From positions 1 through 40,698 of the forward strand of contig CAZBFR010000001.1 of the NCBI GenBank assembly GCA_964491425.1: a stretch of 40,698 nucleotides of DNA, given 5' to 3'. The notes under the pieces are model-generated. The model was not told where the DNA came from. It saw nothing but the letters and a program-made list of their open reading frames with translations, and ran no database searches. A program made the position numbers and the translations under genes. Source of the DNA: an uncultured Gammaproteobacteria bacterium (GTDB taxonomy: Bacteria; Patescibacteriota; Patescibacteriia; UBA9934). This document shows positions 24,147 to 32,390 of this stretch, in pieces; position 1 is the stretch's first letter; the number at the start of each line of letters is the position of its first letter.

Positions 24147-24196
24147 GCATTTTAAAAATTAGGGTAATATGAACCTATAATTCTTAGCTGTTTTAT

Positions 24197-24451
24197 ATGC
24201 AATGGTATTCATATTCGCTCGGGGTCACGTCTAGAAATGATATTGAGAACGCTTGTTCGTCGGCCGGAATGTCCTCGTTTTCGCCGGAGATGCCGTTTTA
24301 TTTCGGATATCAAGATGCGCAGGGTCGACAGGTAAAAGTCGGGCCAGAAGGGATTGAAGACAAAGTCTATATTGGAATTCCAGACGGTGGCGCAATCGCG
24401 GTCGAAGAGGCGCTTCGAGAAGTCGCGGGGGCGATTGGACTTTCGATCTAG
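24197..24451 (+). CDS. Small hypothetical protein (paralog 1)
   Basis: 84 aa. Shares ..D.QGRQV....V.IGIP....EE/EQ..L...AG...L with the next ORF. Confidence 0.5.
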   Translation: MQWYSYSLGVTSRNDIENACSSAGMSSFSPEMPFYFGYQDAQGRQVKVGPEGIEDKVYIGIPDGGAIAVEEALREVAGAIGLSI

Positions 24452-24452
24452 T

Positions 24453-24689
24453 ATGGACCTTCGGTGGTTCTCGTTTCCGGTAAGTGAGGAAAGAGTATCG
24501 ACTATTTTAGAGCGACTTAGGGAGTTGAAGTTTGTCGCGAAAGGGTCGGGAGCGTTCGAGGATCCACAAGGTCGTCAGGTTGTGTTGAACGAACAAACGG
24601 TGCGTGTTGGGATCCCGAAAAGTGACGTCGTTGACGAGCAAGAGCAACTTGAATATCTCGCAGGGCTTCTAGAGCTTCCAGTGCTATGA
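24453..24689 (+). CDS. Small hypothetical protein (paralog 2)
   Basis: 78 aa starting MDLRWFSF, 1 nt after the upstream stop (TAG-T-ATG). FEDPQGRQVVLNEQTVRVGIPKSD matches YQDAQGRQVKV...VYIGIPDGG in paralog 1. Confidence 0.55.
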   Translation: MDLRWFSFPVSEERVSTILERLRELKFVAKGSGAFEDPQGRQVVLNEQTVRVGIPKSDVVDEQEQLEYLAGLLELPVL

Positions 24690-25327
24690 ACCAGCAACAT
24701 AAAAATACATTTGTCATTGGGCTTACGGGACCAATCGCTTCCGGAAAGGGTGCGGTTGCCGGGTATGTCGCGAGGTGGTGTAAGGAGCACGGCCTTACGG
24801 TCGAGACACTGCTCTTGTCCGATATTCTTCGCGAACGGTTGCGAGAGAAAGGGGTTGCGCTCACGCGCGATACGCTTCGCGAGGAGGGGAATGCGCTACG
24901 GAGGGAGCGGGGGCGTGGCGCGCTTGTTGACCTTGCGACTATGCGTCGAGCGGAAGAAAGCGACGTGCTCGTAATCGACTCGATTCGAAATCCGGGCGAG
25001 ATTGAGCGGATACGAGAGATCTTCGGAGAGCGGTTCGTTCAAATTGTCGCTACGCGCGGAGACCTTGAAACACGCATCGCGTCCGTAATTGAACGCAACC
25101 GCGTGGAAGATGGACAAGACCCTGAAACGATCGCGCGGGACATGAAAATAGAAATGGAACGCAATCCCGAGTTTGGGTTTGATATCGAGGGGTGCGCGGA
25201 GATGGCGGATATGATTAACGAACGACAAGAGACGCACGAGCGCGGGTACGAGGTAATGGCGGAGTACTTACGAGGGCGGTTTTATCCGTCGAACGAGGCA
25301 CACGGAGAATTAATGGCGGCGAAATAA
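24686..25327 (+). CDS. P-loop nucleotide kinase-like protein (dephospho-CoA kinase / UPF0200-like)
   Basis: IGLTGPIASGKG P-loop and VIDSIRNPGEIERIRE. ATGA overlap with paralog 2. Confidence 0.6.
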   Translation: MNQQHKNTFVIGLTGPIASGKGAVAGYVARWCKEHGLTVETLLLSDILRERLREKGVALTRDTLREEGNALRRERGRGALVDLATMRRAEESDVLVIDSIRNPGEIERIREIFGERFVQIVATRGDLETRIASVIERNRVEDGQDPETIARDMKIEMERNPEFGFDIEGCAEMADMINERQETHERGYEVMAEYLRGRFYPSNEAHGELMAAK

Positions 25328-25328
25328 T

Positions 25329-25877
25329 ATGAAAATAAAGGAGCGGATCTTGCTACGCGCGAGCAACCTTTGGTATTTAGCCGAAGGAATGTTTGGTCCG
25401 CTCTTTGCGGTGTTTGCGGAACGGATTGGCGGAGACGTTCTGGATATTTCATGGGCATGGGCCGTGTATCTTATCGTCGCCGGATTCGGGCTTATTGTTG
25501 TTGGCGAAATTTCGGATCGTTGGTTTAACAAGGAGACGCTCATGCTTTGGGGTTACGTTCTTAATACGATTTTGACGTTTGCCTATCTACTCGTTGAGCA
25601 ACCTTGGCATTTATTTGTCGTACAGGCGGGGCTTGCGATTGCGCTCGCTCTTGCGACGCCGACCTGGGACGCGCTGTACGCGATGTATGAAACAAAAAAA
25701 GACGCCGGGCTCCTTTGGGGACTTTCCGAGGGTCAGGCTTCGATTATGACGGGAATTGCACTTATTATCGGAGGGTATATCGTTGAACTTGGGTCATTTG
25801 AGATTCTCTTTATTACTATGGGGTGTATCCAGGTGATCTCAACTCTTTACGCATTTAAAATTTTACGAGCGAAATAA
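25329..25877 (+). CDS. Small polytopic membrane protein (half-MFS-like)
   Basis: 182 aa with 5-6 TM helices. TAA-T-ATG junctions on both sides. Confidence 0.55.
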   Translation: MKIKERILLRASNLWYLAEGMFGPLFAVFAERIGGDVLDISWAWAVYLIVAGFGLIVVGEISDRWFNKETLMLWGYVLNTILTFAYLLVEQPWHLFVVQAGLAIALALATPTWDALYAMYETKKDAGLLWGLSEGQASIMTGIALIIGGYIVELGSFEILFITMGCIQVISTLYAFKILRAK

Positions 25878-25878
25878 T

Positions 25879-26418
25879 ATGAAAGGCATGCCGGAAATCG
25901 CGGTGTTCGCAGGGGGATGTTTTTGGTGTCTTGACGCCGTGTTTCGTGAGCTCAAAGGGGTCACGGGCGTGCAGGCGGGGTATACGGGAGGCGAAATAGA
26001 ATCGCCAACCTATGACGCTGTCTGCTCCGGTTCGACAGGTCACGCCGAGGCCGTGCTTGTCGAATATGATCCGGAAGTTTTAAGCTATGACATTTTGCTT
26101 AATGTCTTTTTTGCGACGCACGACCCAACAACGCTTAACCGTCAGGGAAATGATATTGGAACACAGTATCGTTCGGCGATTTTTTATCGAAGTGATGAAC
26201 AAAAAAAGTTGGCGGAGGAAGCGATTGATCGTCTCGAGAAGGACGGAACCTATACGAAAATCGTAACGGAGGTTGTTCCACTTACGACGTTCTATCCAGC
26301 CGAGGAGTATCACCAAAATTATTTCGCACGGAATCCAGAGCAGGGCTATTGCTCGGCGATCATCTCTCCGAAAGTTGCTAAACTCCGAGCCTCGTTTGCC
26401 GCGTTACTAAAGGTGTAG
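25879..26418 (+). CDS. msrA: Peptide-methionine (S)-S-oxide reductase
   Basis: GGCFWC active-site motif, GHAEAV, YHQNY. Confidence 0.95.
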   Translation: MKGMPEIAVFAGGCFWCLDAVFRELKGVTGVQAGYTGGEIESPTYDAVCSGSTGHAEAVLVEYDPEVLSYDILLNVFFATHDPTTLNRQGNDIGTQYRSAIFYRSDEQKKLAEEAIDRLEKDGTYTKIVTEVVPLTTFYPAEEYHQNYFARNPEQGYCSAIISPKVAKLRASFAALLKV

Positions 26419-26450
26419 TTATCTGGAGTGATCTACTTTTAAATCGCCTT

Positions 26451-26489
26451 TTTGTACCAAATGGTACAAATTGTACGAAATGGTACAAA
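26451..26489. repeat. Tandem AT-rich palindromes / AAATGGTACAAA direct repeat
   Basis: TTTGTACC-aaat-GGTACAAA (26451-70), then TTGTAC-gaaatg-GTACAA (26471-88). AAATGGTACAAA occurs twice, 19 nt apart. Confidence 0.6.
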
Positions 26490-26535
26490 AACAGTATCTC
26501 ACCGGGCGGTCACTTAAGAGAGGGTACTAGTAAAA

Positions 26536-27078
26536 TTAGATTGATTTTAGCGCTTTGAGACGGAAACCGAGAGAAATGACCCCGTGAACGGTAACGAGGA
26601 TAACACCTGCGATAAGCGAACCGTAGTCGAGTCCATCGAGAAGTCCGAGGAGTACGAAGCCGAAGACCACGGTAAGGTGCAAGCTTAGCATCGGGATAAT
26701 AAGATTGTTTTGAACGAAGTATTCTGCTGGTCGACGGTTAGCGGTTGCAAGATCAACGATTTGCATGCCGACGACGAAAAGCAGAGGAATACGAATTGCG
26801 TTAAGTATTTCGCCGATCGTTTTGTCCCCGATCCCCATCGACAATGAAAAGACAACAAATAATATCGTAAGGATCGACATCCAAAACGCGTAGACGCCGA
26901 TCAAAAACCAGTCCACGACTGGGTTCTTTACGACGAGCTTGTAGAGGATCATTAGCGGAATAAAGATCATTGCTTCCGCAAACCAAAGATAGGCGATTTC
27001 GACGGGGCTCCATCCGAACGCGAAAATACCGATAAACGGAATCGTGGATGAGGTGATTGCTAGGAGGTAGGAGAACAT
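26536..27078 (-). CDS. Small polytopic membrane protein, paralog P1 (possibly DUF6498-like)
   Basis: 180 aa, about 6 TM helices. N-terminal IPFIGIFAFGWSPVEI...FAEA motif is shared with P2 and P3. Confidence 0.6.
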   Translation of the reverse strand: MFSYLLAITSSTIPFIGIFAFGWSPVEIAYLWFAEAMIFIPLMILYKLVVKNPVVDWFLIGVYAFWMSILTILFVVFSLSMGIGDKTIGEILNAIRIPLLFVVGMQIVDLATANRRPAEYFVQNNLIIPMLSLHLTVVFGFVLLGLLDGLDYGSLIAGVILVTVHGVISLGFRLKALKSI

Positions 27079-27081
27079 AGG

Positions 27082-27627
27082 TTATCGTGATTTGGCAATG
27101 TATCCGTTGGTATGGGCAATGTAGAGATGGACGAATGTCGCGAACGAAATGAAGACAAGCCCAATTTGGCTCGTGTCTGGGAATCTTTCCCATACGCTTA
27201 GCGTCAATCCAAAGCCAATTAAGAGCGTTCCGAGCACCGCGCGTACTTCGTCGTGGATGTACTTTGCATCGTGATCGCGGAGCGGTTTTGTAAAGCGTGT
27301 GACTCCCAGTGTAAAAACGGCAATCGACGGGACGATAAGTGCTTTTAAAAAATCTGGCTCCGTGAGTTTCGGTTCGAGGGCCGTGAATACGAGGGTAAAA
27401 ATTGCGATCGTTGCAAGAAGAATAAAGACTAGCCAAGGGCTGGCAATTTCAGACTTGAGTGTTCCTTTTGGAAACGTGGTGAGGCTTATGGTAAAGCACG
27501 TTGTGACCGCGAGCGCATCTACAAGAATAAGAACCGGAATTGTCATTGCGTTCCAATCGAAGAGTATGACACCAAAGATTGGGATAATTCCGGAAAGACA
27601 GATGGAGAAAAACGTGCCGATGCGCAT
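27082..27627 (-). CDS. Small polytopic membrane protein, paralog P2
   Basis: 181 aa with IIPIFGVILFDWNAMTIPVLILVDA. Ends 3 nt before the P1 start. Confidence 0.6.
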   Translation of the reverse strand: MRIGTFFSICLSGIIPIFGVILFDWNAMTIPVLILVDALAVTTCFTISLTTFPKGTLKSEIASPWLVFILLATIAIFTLVFTALEPKLTEPDFLKALIVPSIAVFTLGVTRFTKPLRDHDAKYIHDEVRAVLGTLLIGFGLTLSVWERFPDTSQIGLVFISFATFVHLYIAHTNGYIAKSR

Positions 27628-27689
27628 ATGGAGGGAGTATAGCGTGGATAATGTTTTGCAAAAAGTGTGAAAGTTGATACGGTGGGATC

Positions 27690-28286
27690 ATGAAAATAGA
27701 AAGACCAATATCAAAGCAACCGATTCCCGGTAATGCAACTAAGGTTTTTAGCGGTGTGCTTTTTGATGTCTATCAGTGGGAGCAAGAACTTTTTGATGGA
27801 ACAAAAACGCTTTTTGAGAAAGTTAGGCGTCCGGATACGGTTGTCGTTTTTCCGGTAATGGACGATGGAAAGATTTTGTTAACTGAACAAGAGCAACCAG
27901 GGAGAGGGGCATTTATTGGGGCGACTGGTGGGCGAGTTGACGAAGGTGAAGATATTTTGGAAGCCGCGAAGCGCGAGTTGCTTGAAGAGACGGGTTTTGA
28001 GGCATCGGAGTTTATTCTTTGGGACGTGCAGCAGCCTTCTACAAAAATTGAATGGGCCGTCTATACATTCATTGCAAAAGGATTGAAGAGAGTCGCGGAC
28101 ATGGATTTAGATGCCGGTGAAAAAATTCGACTCAAGCCGGTCGACTTTGAAGAGTTTATTGATATCGCGATCGGTGGAGGTTTTGTTGAAAAAGAAATTA
28201 TACCAAAACTTTACGAGGCAAAGCTGCATCCGGAGAAGAAAGAGGAGCTTAAAACCTTGTTTGCACCAAAAATCCCGCTCGGATAG
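27690..28286 (+). CDS. NUDIX hydrolase (ADP-ribose pyrophosphatase-like)
   Basis: Nudix box GGRVDEGEDILEAAKRELLEETGF. Confidence 0.85.
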   Translation: MKIERPISKQPIPGNATKVFSGVLFDVYQWEQELFDGTKTLFEKVRRPDTVVVFPVMDDGKILLTEQEQPGRGAFIGATGGRVDEGEDILEAAKRELLEETGFEASEFILWDVQQPSTKIEWAVYTFIAKGLKRVADMDLDAGEKIRLKPVDFEEFIDIAIGGGFVEKEIIPKLYEAKLHPEKKEELKTLFAPKIPLG

Positions 28287-28303
28287 AGGCGGGAATTTTG
28301 TTT
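28273..28303 (+). terminator. Intrinsic terminator of the Nudix gene
   Basis: TCCCGC-(10-nt loop containing the stop codon)-GCGGGA followed by ATTTTGTTT. Confidence 0.55.
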
Positions 28304-28323
28304 AGGCGACGCCGTTGCGTTTT
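28298..28323. repeat. Direct repeat copy A: relic of the typA 3' end
   Basis: TTGTTTAGGCGACGCCGTTGCGTTTT is identical to 28965-28990. On the minus strand it reads KRNGVA-stop. Similarity continues, giving 34/39 matches overall. Confidence 0.9.
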
Positions 28324-28400
28324 TGGTTGAACTCCTCCGCGGGCGCATATACGGCAAACGAATCCCGGACGAGGTGATTGCAAAGAGGTGGGGAGGTATA

Positions 28401-28922
28401 TCAGTTCGTTTTTCTATTGGCGTAGGAGTGAGCGAGAGTATGTATGATAACGATAAGTAGAGCGACGGACTTTTCGGTATGAGTTTGTATGATTTGTGCG
28501 CCGAGCGCGGTGAGGCTGGCAATCAATGCAACTGTGGAAATGGTGAGGTGGAGGCTCGATCGCTCCCATTCGAAGGGTTTACGTAACCTAGTGATTATAA
28601 GGGTGACGATAAGTAGGGAAGGAATGACGAGTTGTTTAAATAGAACCGTTAGTTCTTTGGGCGTGAGAGCAAATTCCTTGTAAAAGACGACAAAAGACCA
28701 GACGATTATTCCAAATAAAACAAAGATATATATGTACACTGGATCAATCTTTTTCTTTGTATAGAGCTCGTGTAGTACGCCTGCTGTGTGGATTAGAGCG
28801 TGAATGCATGCCTCAACGAAAATAAGCGAAAGTAAGACGATGGCGTTCCAGTTGAAAAACAGCACACCAAAAATAGGAATCGCGAGTCCGATTAGGTCTG
28901 GTAAGTATTTTGTGAAACGCAT
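28401..28922 (-). CDS. Small polytopic membrane protein, paralog P3
   Basis: 173 aa with LAIPIFGVLFFNWNAIVLLSLIFVEA. Own extended -10 (TGTTATACT on the minus strand, 28940-28932) just upstream. Confidence 0.6.
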   Translation of the reverse strand: MRFTKYLPDLIGLAIPIFGVLFFNWNAIVLLSLIFVEACIHALIHTAGVLHELYTKKKIDPVYIYIFVLFGIIVWSFVVFYKEFALTPKELTVLFKQLVIPSLLIVTLIITRLRKPFEWERSSLHLTISTVALIASLTALGAQIIQTHTEKSVALLIVIIHTLAHSYANRKTN

Positions 28923-28934
28923 ACTGGCGCTAGT

Positions 28935-28963
28935 ATAACAAAACGCTCCCGGGAAGGGGAGCG
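28935..28963 (-). terminator. Intrinsic terminator of typA
   Basis: Minus strand reads CGCTCCC-cttccc-GGGAGCG followed by TTTTGTT. Confidence 0.55.
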
Positions 28964-28964
28964 A

Positions 28965-28990
28965 TTGTTTAGGCGACGCCGTTGCGTTTT
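28965..28990. repeat. Direct repeat copy B: functional typA 3' end
   Basis: Identical 26-mer to 28298-28323. Covers the last six codons and stop of typA plus 5 nt downstream. Confidence 0.9.
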
Positions 28991-30768
28991 CGGTCGTGCT
29001 CTTTTAGGAATTTCTTTCGGAGACGAACTTTCGTTGGCGTAATCTCGACGTACTCGTCTTTATCGACGTATTCGAGGGCGCGTTCGAGGTTCATATCAAG
29101 GTGTGGGGTAAGTTTTACGGCCATGTCCGCTCCGCTTGATCGCATGTTCGTCAATTTCTTTTCACGGATTGCGTTAACGGTCATGTTCTCCTTCGATGAA
29201 GCACCGATGACCATTCCTTCGTAAATATCTTCTCCAGGTCCGACGAAGAGTGTACCGCGGTCCTCGAGTCCTTCGAGGGCGTATGGGGTCGTCTTTCCGT
29301 CAAAGCCCGAGATGATCGAACCGGTATTTCGGCGGTCGATATCGCCCTTGTGTGGTCCGTATTTAAGGAATTGGTGCGAGAGTGTTCCTTCTCCCTTTGT
29401 GTCGGTCAAAAATTCCGTTCGGTAGCCGAGAAGTCCGCGCGTAGGGATTTCGTATTCGAGACGGGTGTAGCCGTTCTCGGTCGACATGTTCTTCATTTCT
29501 CCCTTTCGGCGTCCAAGCTTTTCAATCACGGTTCCTTGCGATTCCTCCGGAACGTCAATGACACAGATTTCGATCGGCTCGAGAAGTTGTCCGTTTTCTT
29601 CCTTGAGCGCAACTTCCGGCTGACCAACTTGCATTTCAAATCCTTCACGGCGCATTTGCTCAAGAAGAATCGAAAGGTGCATTTCTCCGCGACCATGGAG
29701 CATAAACGCTTCGGAGGTCTCCGGCATTTCGATCTTAAGTCCAACGTTTGTTTGGAGTTCTTTTTCGAGACGCTCACGGATTTGGCGTGAGGTAACGTAC
29801 GTTCCTTCGCGTCCAGCGAACGGCGAGTTGTTTACAAGAAGTTCCATTTTAAGGGTCGGTTGGTCAATCGCGATACGTGGGAGCGGTTCAGCGTCTTCTT
29901 TTTCGGCGACGGTGTCTCCTACGGTGATCTCCGGGATTCCGGCGATTTGAACAATGTCTCCCGCTGGGGCGGATTCAACTTCGACTTTCTTAAGTCCAAC
30001 GTGCGTAAAGAGTTTTGTAATCTTCTCTTTTCGGCGCTTTCCGGATTCATCGATAACCGTAACGGTCATTCCGGATTTAATCGTTCCTTCGTAAACGCGT
30101 CCAACGGCAAGTCGGCCGATATAATCGTCGTAGAAGAGGTTTGCCGGTTGCATTCGCATTGGGAGCGTTGTTTCCGATTTTGCCGGTTTAACTTCCGAAA
30201 GAAGAAGGTCAAATAGCGGTTTAAGACTCGTGCTCTCGTCCGCAAGGTCGAGCTTTGCGATTCCTTCGCGAGCAATCGCGAAAATATATTTGAAATCGAG
30301 TTGCTCGTCGGTCGCGCCAAGTTCAACGAAAAGATCAAATACCATGTTCACGACCTCTTCAGGGCGCGCCATCGGTTTGTCGATCTTGTTAATAACAACG
30401 ATTGGTTTTAGGCCAAGGGCAAGCGATTTTCGAAGAACGAATTTCGTTTGTGGCATTGGTCCTTCGAACGCGTCTACAAGAAGAAGAACGGAATCGACCA
30501 TTCGAAGCACGCGCTCAACCTCACTTCCGAAATCGGCGTGTCCAGGGGTGTCGACAATGTTAATTTTTTGACCATCAATATTGATCGCGGTGTTTTTTGC
30601 GTAAATCGTAATTCCACGCTCTCGTTCGAGCTCGTTTGAGTCCATGACGCGCTCCTCGATAATTTCTCGCTCGGAGAAGGTTCCGGACTGTTTAAGCATG
30701 GCGTCAACGAGGGTTGTCTTTCCATGGTCAACGTGGGCAATAATCGCAATGTTTCGAATATCAGGCAT
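28969..30768 (-). CDS. typA: Translational GTPase TypA/BipA
   Basis: [29 protein letters not shown]. 599 aa with EF-G-like domain order. Confidence 0.95.
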   Translation of the reverse strand: MPDIRNIAIIAHVDHGKTTLVDAMLKQSGTFSEREIIEERVMDSNELERERGITIYAKNTAINIDGQKINIVDTPGHADFGSEVERVLRMVDSVLLLVDAFEGPMPQTKFVLRKSLALGLKPIVVINKIDKPMARPEEVVNMVFDLFVELGATDEQLDFKYIFAIAREGIAKLDLADESTSLKPLFDLLLSEVKPAKSETTLPMRMQPANLFYDDYIGRLAVGRVYEGTIKSGMTVTVIDESGKRRKEKITKLFTHVGLKKVEVESAPAGDIVQIAGIPEITVGDTVAEKEDAEPLPRIAIDQPTLKMELLVNNSPFAGREGTYVTSRQIRERLEKELQTNVGLKIEMPETSEAFMLHGRGEMHLSILLEQMRREGFEMQVGQPEVALKEENGQLLEPIEICVIDVPEESQGTVIEKLGRRKGEMKNMSTENGYTRLEYEIPTRGLLGYRTEFLTDTKGEGTLSHQFLKYGPHKGDIDRRNTGSIISGFDGKTTPYALEGLEDRGTLFVGPGEDIYEGMVIGASSKENMTVNAIREKKLTNMRSSGADMAVKLTPHLDMNLERALEYVDKDEYVEITPTKVRLRKKFLKEHDRKRNGVA

Positions 30769-30787
30769 AAAGTTGTAAATCCGGCCA

Positions 30788-30816
30788 AGGATAGCACGGG
30801 GAGGGGGATTTGTAAA
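30788..30816 (-). promoter_or_regulatory. Candidate typA promoter
   Basis: Minus strand: TTTACA (30816-11), 17-nt spacer, TATCCT (30793-88), with TG one nt upstream of the -10. Confidence 0.45.
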
Positions 30817-30842
30817 TATGAGGGGGTTCTAAGGGTACTCGT

Positions 30843-30871
30843 TTGACATTTTTGCAATTTTAAGCTAATTT
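30843..30871 (+). promoter_or_regulatory. Sigma70-type promoter for the high-GC 483-aa ORF
   Basis: TTGACA (30843-48), 17-nt spacer, TAATTT (30866-71). Confidence 0.5.
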
Positions 30872-30924
30872 ATCTACTCGGTTCGTGGTGAATCGAGGTG
30901 ACAAAATCGTACTTTGGAGTAGTC

Positions 30925-32373
30925 ATGCAAGCGCAAGCAAATCGTGTGATGAGCGCGAGCTCGAGTCCCGTGGGTGGGTCCACGGCGCGTAGGGGGTCTT
31001 GGTACAACCTGACCTCGAACAAGCCTCCGGCCCTCGACAAGGTTCTCCGTGACCTCGCAAACGACCCGCAGATCGGGTCCCTCAACGATCTCAAGGGGCG
31101 GATGGCGCGGGTCGACAATGAGTACAAGGAGAAGCCGAAAGTCGGCAACCTCAAGGCGTTCCTTCTGAACGAGGGGTTCGTTCGCGAGGAGGGGTCCGGG
31201 CTCGTCGTCGTCGAGTCTGCGGTTCGAGAACAGCTCGAGAAGATGGGTGTGAGATTCGCTCCGCGGTCCGTTCGTCGGTCGCGAGGGGTCCCGCCGATCG
31301 TTCCCCCGGTGATGCGCTTCGTGAACACGGCGATCACGGGCGAGATGGTCGAGGTGAACTCGGATCTCAAGGTCGTGGTCGGCGACTCCGGGGAAGCGAA
31401 GAGTGTGCGAGAGGAGCGGATCCCGAAGCGGGCGCTCCTGTTCCTCACCCTCGCCGAGCTGATGTCGTTCGAGTTCATCCGTGATGGGTTTTTCGGTTCG
31501 GGAGATCGGTTCGAGATCCCGGTAGCCGATACCGGTACCGGCCCCGTCATCGAGTTCTGTCGACGGCTAGTCGTCTCGAAGGTGTTTCGCGAAATCGAAG
31601 CGCCGGAGGGTCGCGTCGGCTTCGAGACCGTGATTCCGGTCGTGTCTTGGCACATCGAGCAGATCGATGCGCGGGTACGGCGCGAGATCCGGCGTCCGAT
31701 GTACGACTTGTTTCGGACGGCGCAACAGCGCCTGTTCGACACCCCGTTCCGGAACTACAACGAGGTGCTCGAGGGTCCGTGTTGCTCTCACGGGGTCACC
31801 CTCTCGACCGCGAAGGTCGTGTTCACGGGGTTTCGGCAGGATCCACGACCGTTCGAGGGGTACGCGCTCTGCCGTGCGCTCAAGTGGGGCGACGGTCACA
31901 AGAACGACGTCGCCGTGTGCGTGCCGGGATTCGAGGCGTACGAGTTCGAGGTCGTCGAGGGCGTATACGTCCAGTCCGGCCGTGCGGGTACGTCGTTGAA
32001 GGCCGCTCCCGCTGCAGCGCCACCCGTCACCGAAGACCCGGTCGTCGAAGACCCGGTGGTCGTGGCCGAGGACTCGACGCCGATGGTGGACCTCGAGCGT
32101 CTTCTCAAGGATCGCCCCGAGGTTCGCGAGGCTCTCGCTGACGAGGCGCTCGCGATCGCGGGCCGGGTCCACTCCGGCGAGGAGCGGACCTTCACGATCG
32201 CCGAGCTGATCGCTCACCGCGACGCCTTGCTCGCGGAGGCCGCCAAGCTCACCGAGACGATCCTCGCCCGTGAGCGCGAGGTCGCCGAGGAGAAGGCTCG
32301 TCTCGAGGCCGAGGAAGCCGAGCTCGTTGCGAAGCTCGACGCCGTTCGTGCGAGGAAGGCGAAGCTCGAGTAG
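30925..32373 (+). CDS. Hypothetical protein, high-GC orphan (483 aa) with C-terminal coiled coil
   Basis: Single long frame with G/C-rich third positions. GGAG lies 5 nt before ATG 30925 (the track ORF starts at GTG 30898). Lines 31021 and 31861 are 39/60 and 40/60 G+C. Antisense ORFs are R/S/P-rich. Confidence 0.65.
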   Translation: MQAQANRVMSASSSPVGGSTARRGSWYNLTSNKPPALDKVLRDLANDPQIGSLNDLKGRMARVDNEYKEKPKVGNLKAFLLNEGFVREEGSGLVVVESAVREQLEKMGVRFAPRSVRRSRGVPPIVPPVMRFVNTAITGEMVEVNSDLKVVVGDSGEAKSVREERIPKRALLFLTLAELMSFEFIRDGFFGSGDRFEIPVADTGTGPVIEFCRRLVVSKVFREIEAPEGRVGFETVIPVVSWHIEQIDARVRREIRRPMYDLFRTAQQRLFDTPFRNYNEVLEGPCCSHGVTLSTAKVVFTGFRQDPRPFEGYALCRALKWGDGHKNDVAVCVPGFEAYEFEVVEGVYVQSGRAGTSLKAAPAAAPPVTEDPVVEDPVVVAEDSTPMVDLERLLKDRPEVREALADEALAIAGRVHSGEERTFTIAELIAHRDALLAEAAKLTETILAREREVAEEKARLEAEEAELVAKLDAVRARKAKLE

Positions 32374-32390
32374 CTCGCTCATTCGTTCGT

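Noticed and set aside
23905-24150. 81-aa minus-strand ORF
   Set aside because: It lies entirely over tRNA-Thr and tRNA-Tyr and their terminator. It is an artefact of structured RNA genes.
26801-27436. 211-aa minus-strand ORF spanning the P1/P2 junction in another frame
   Set aside because: It overlaps two hydrophobic paralogs whose frames are supported by their mutual similarity. Its product is Arg/His-rich with no TM pattern.
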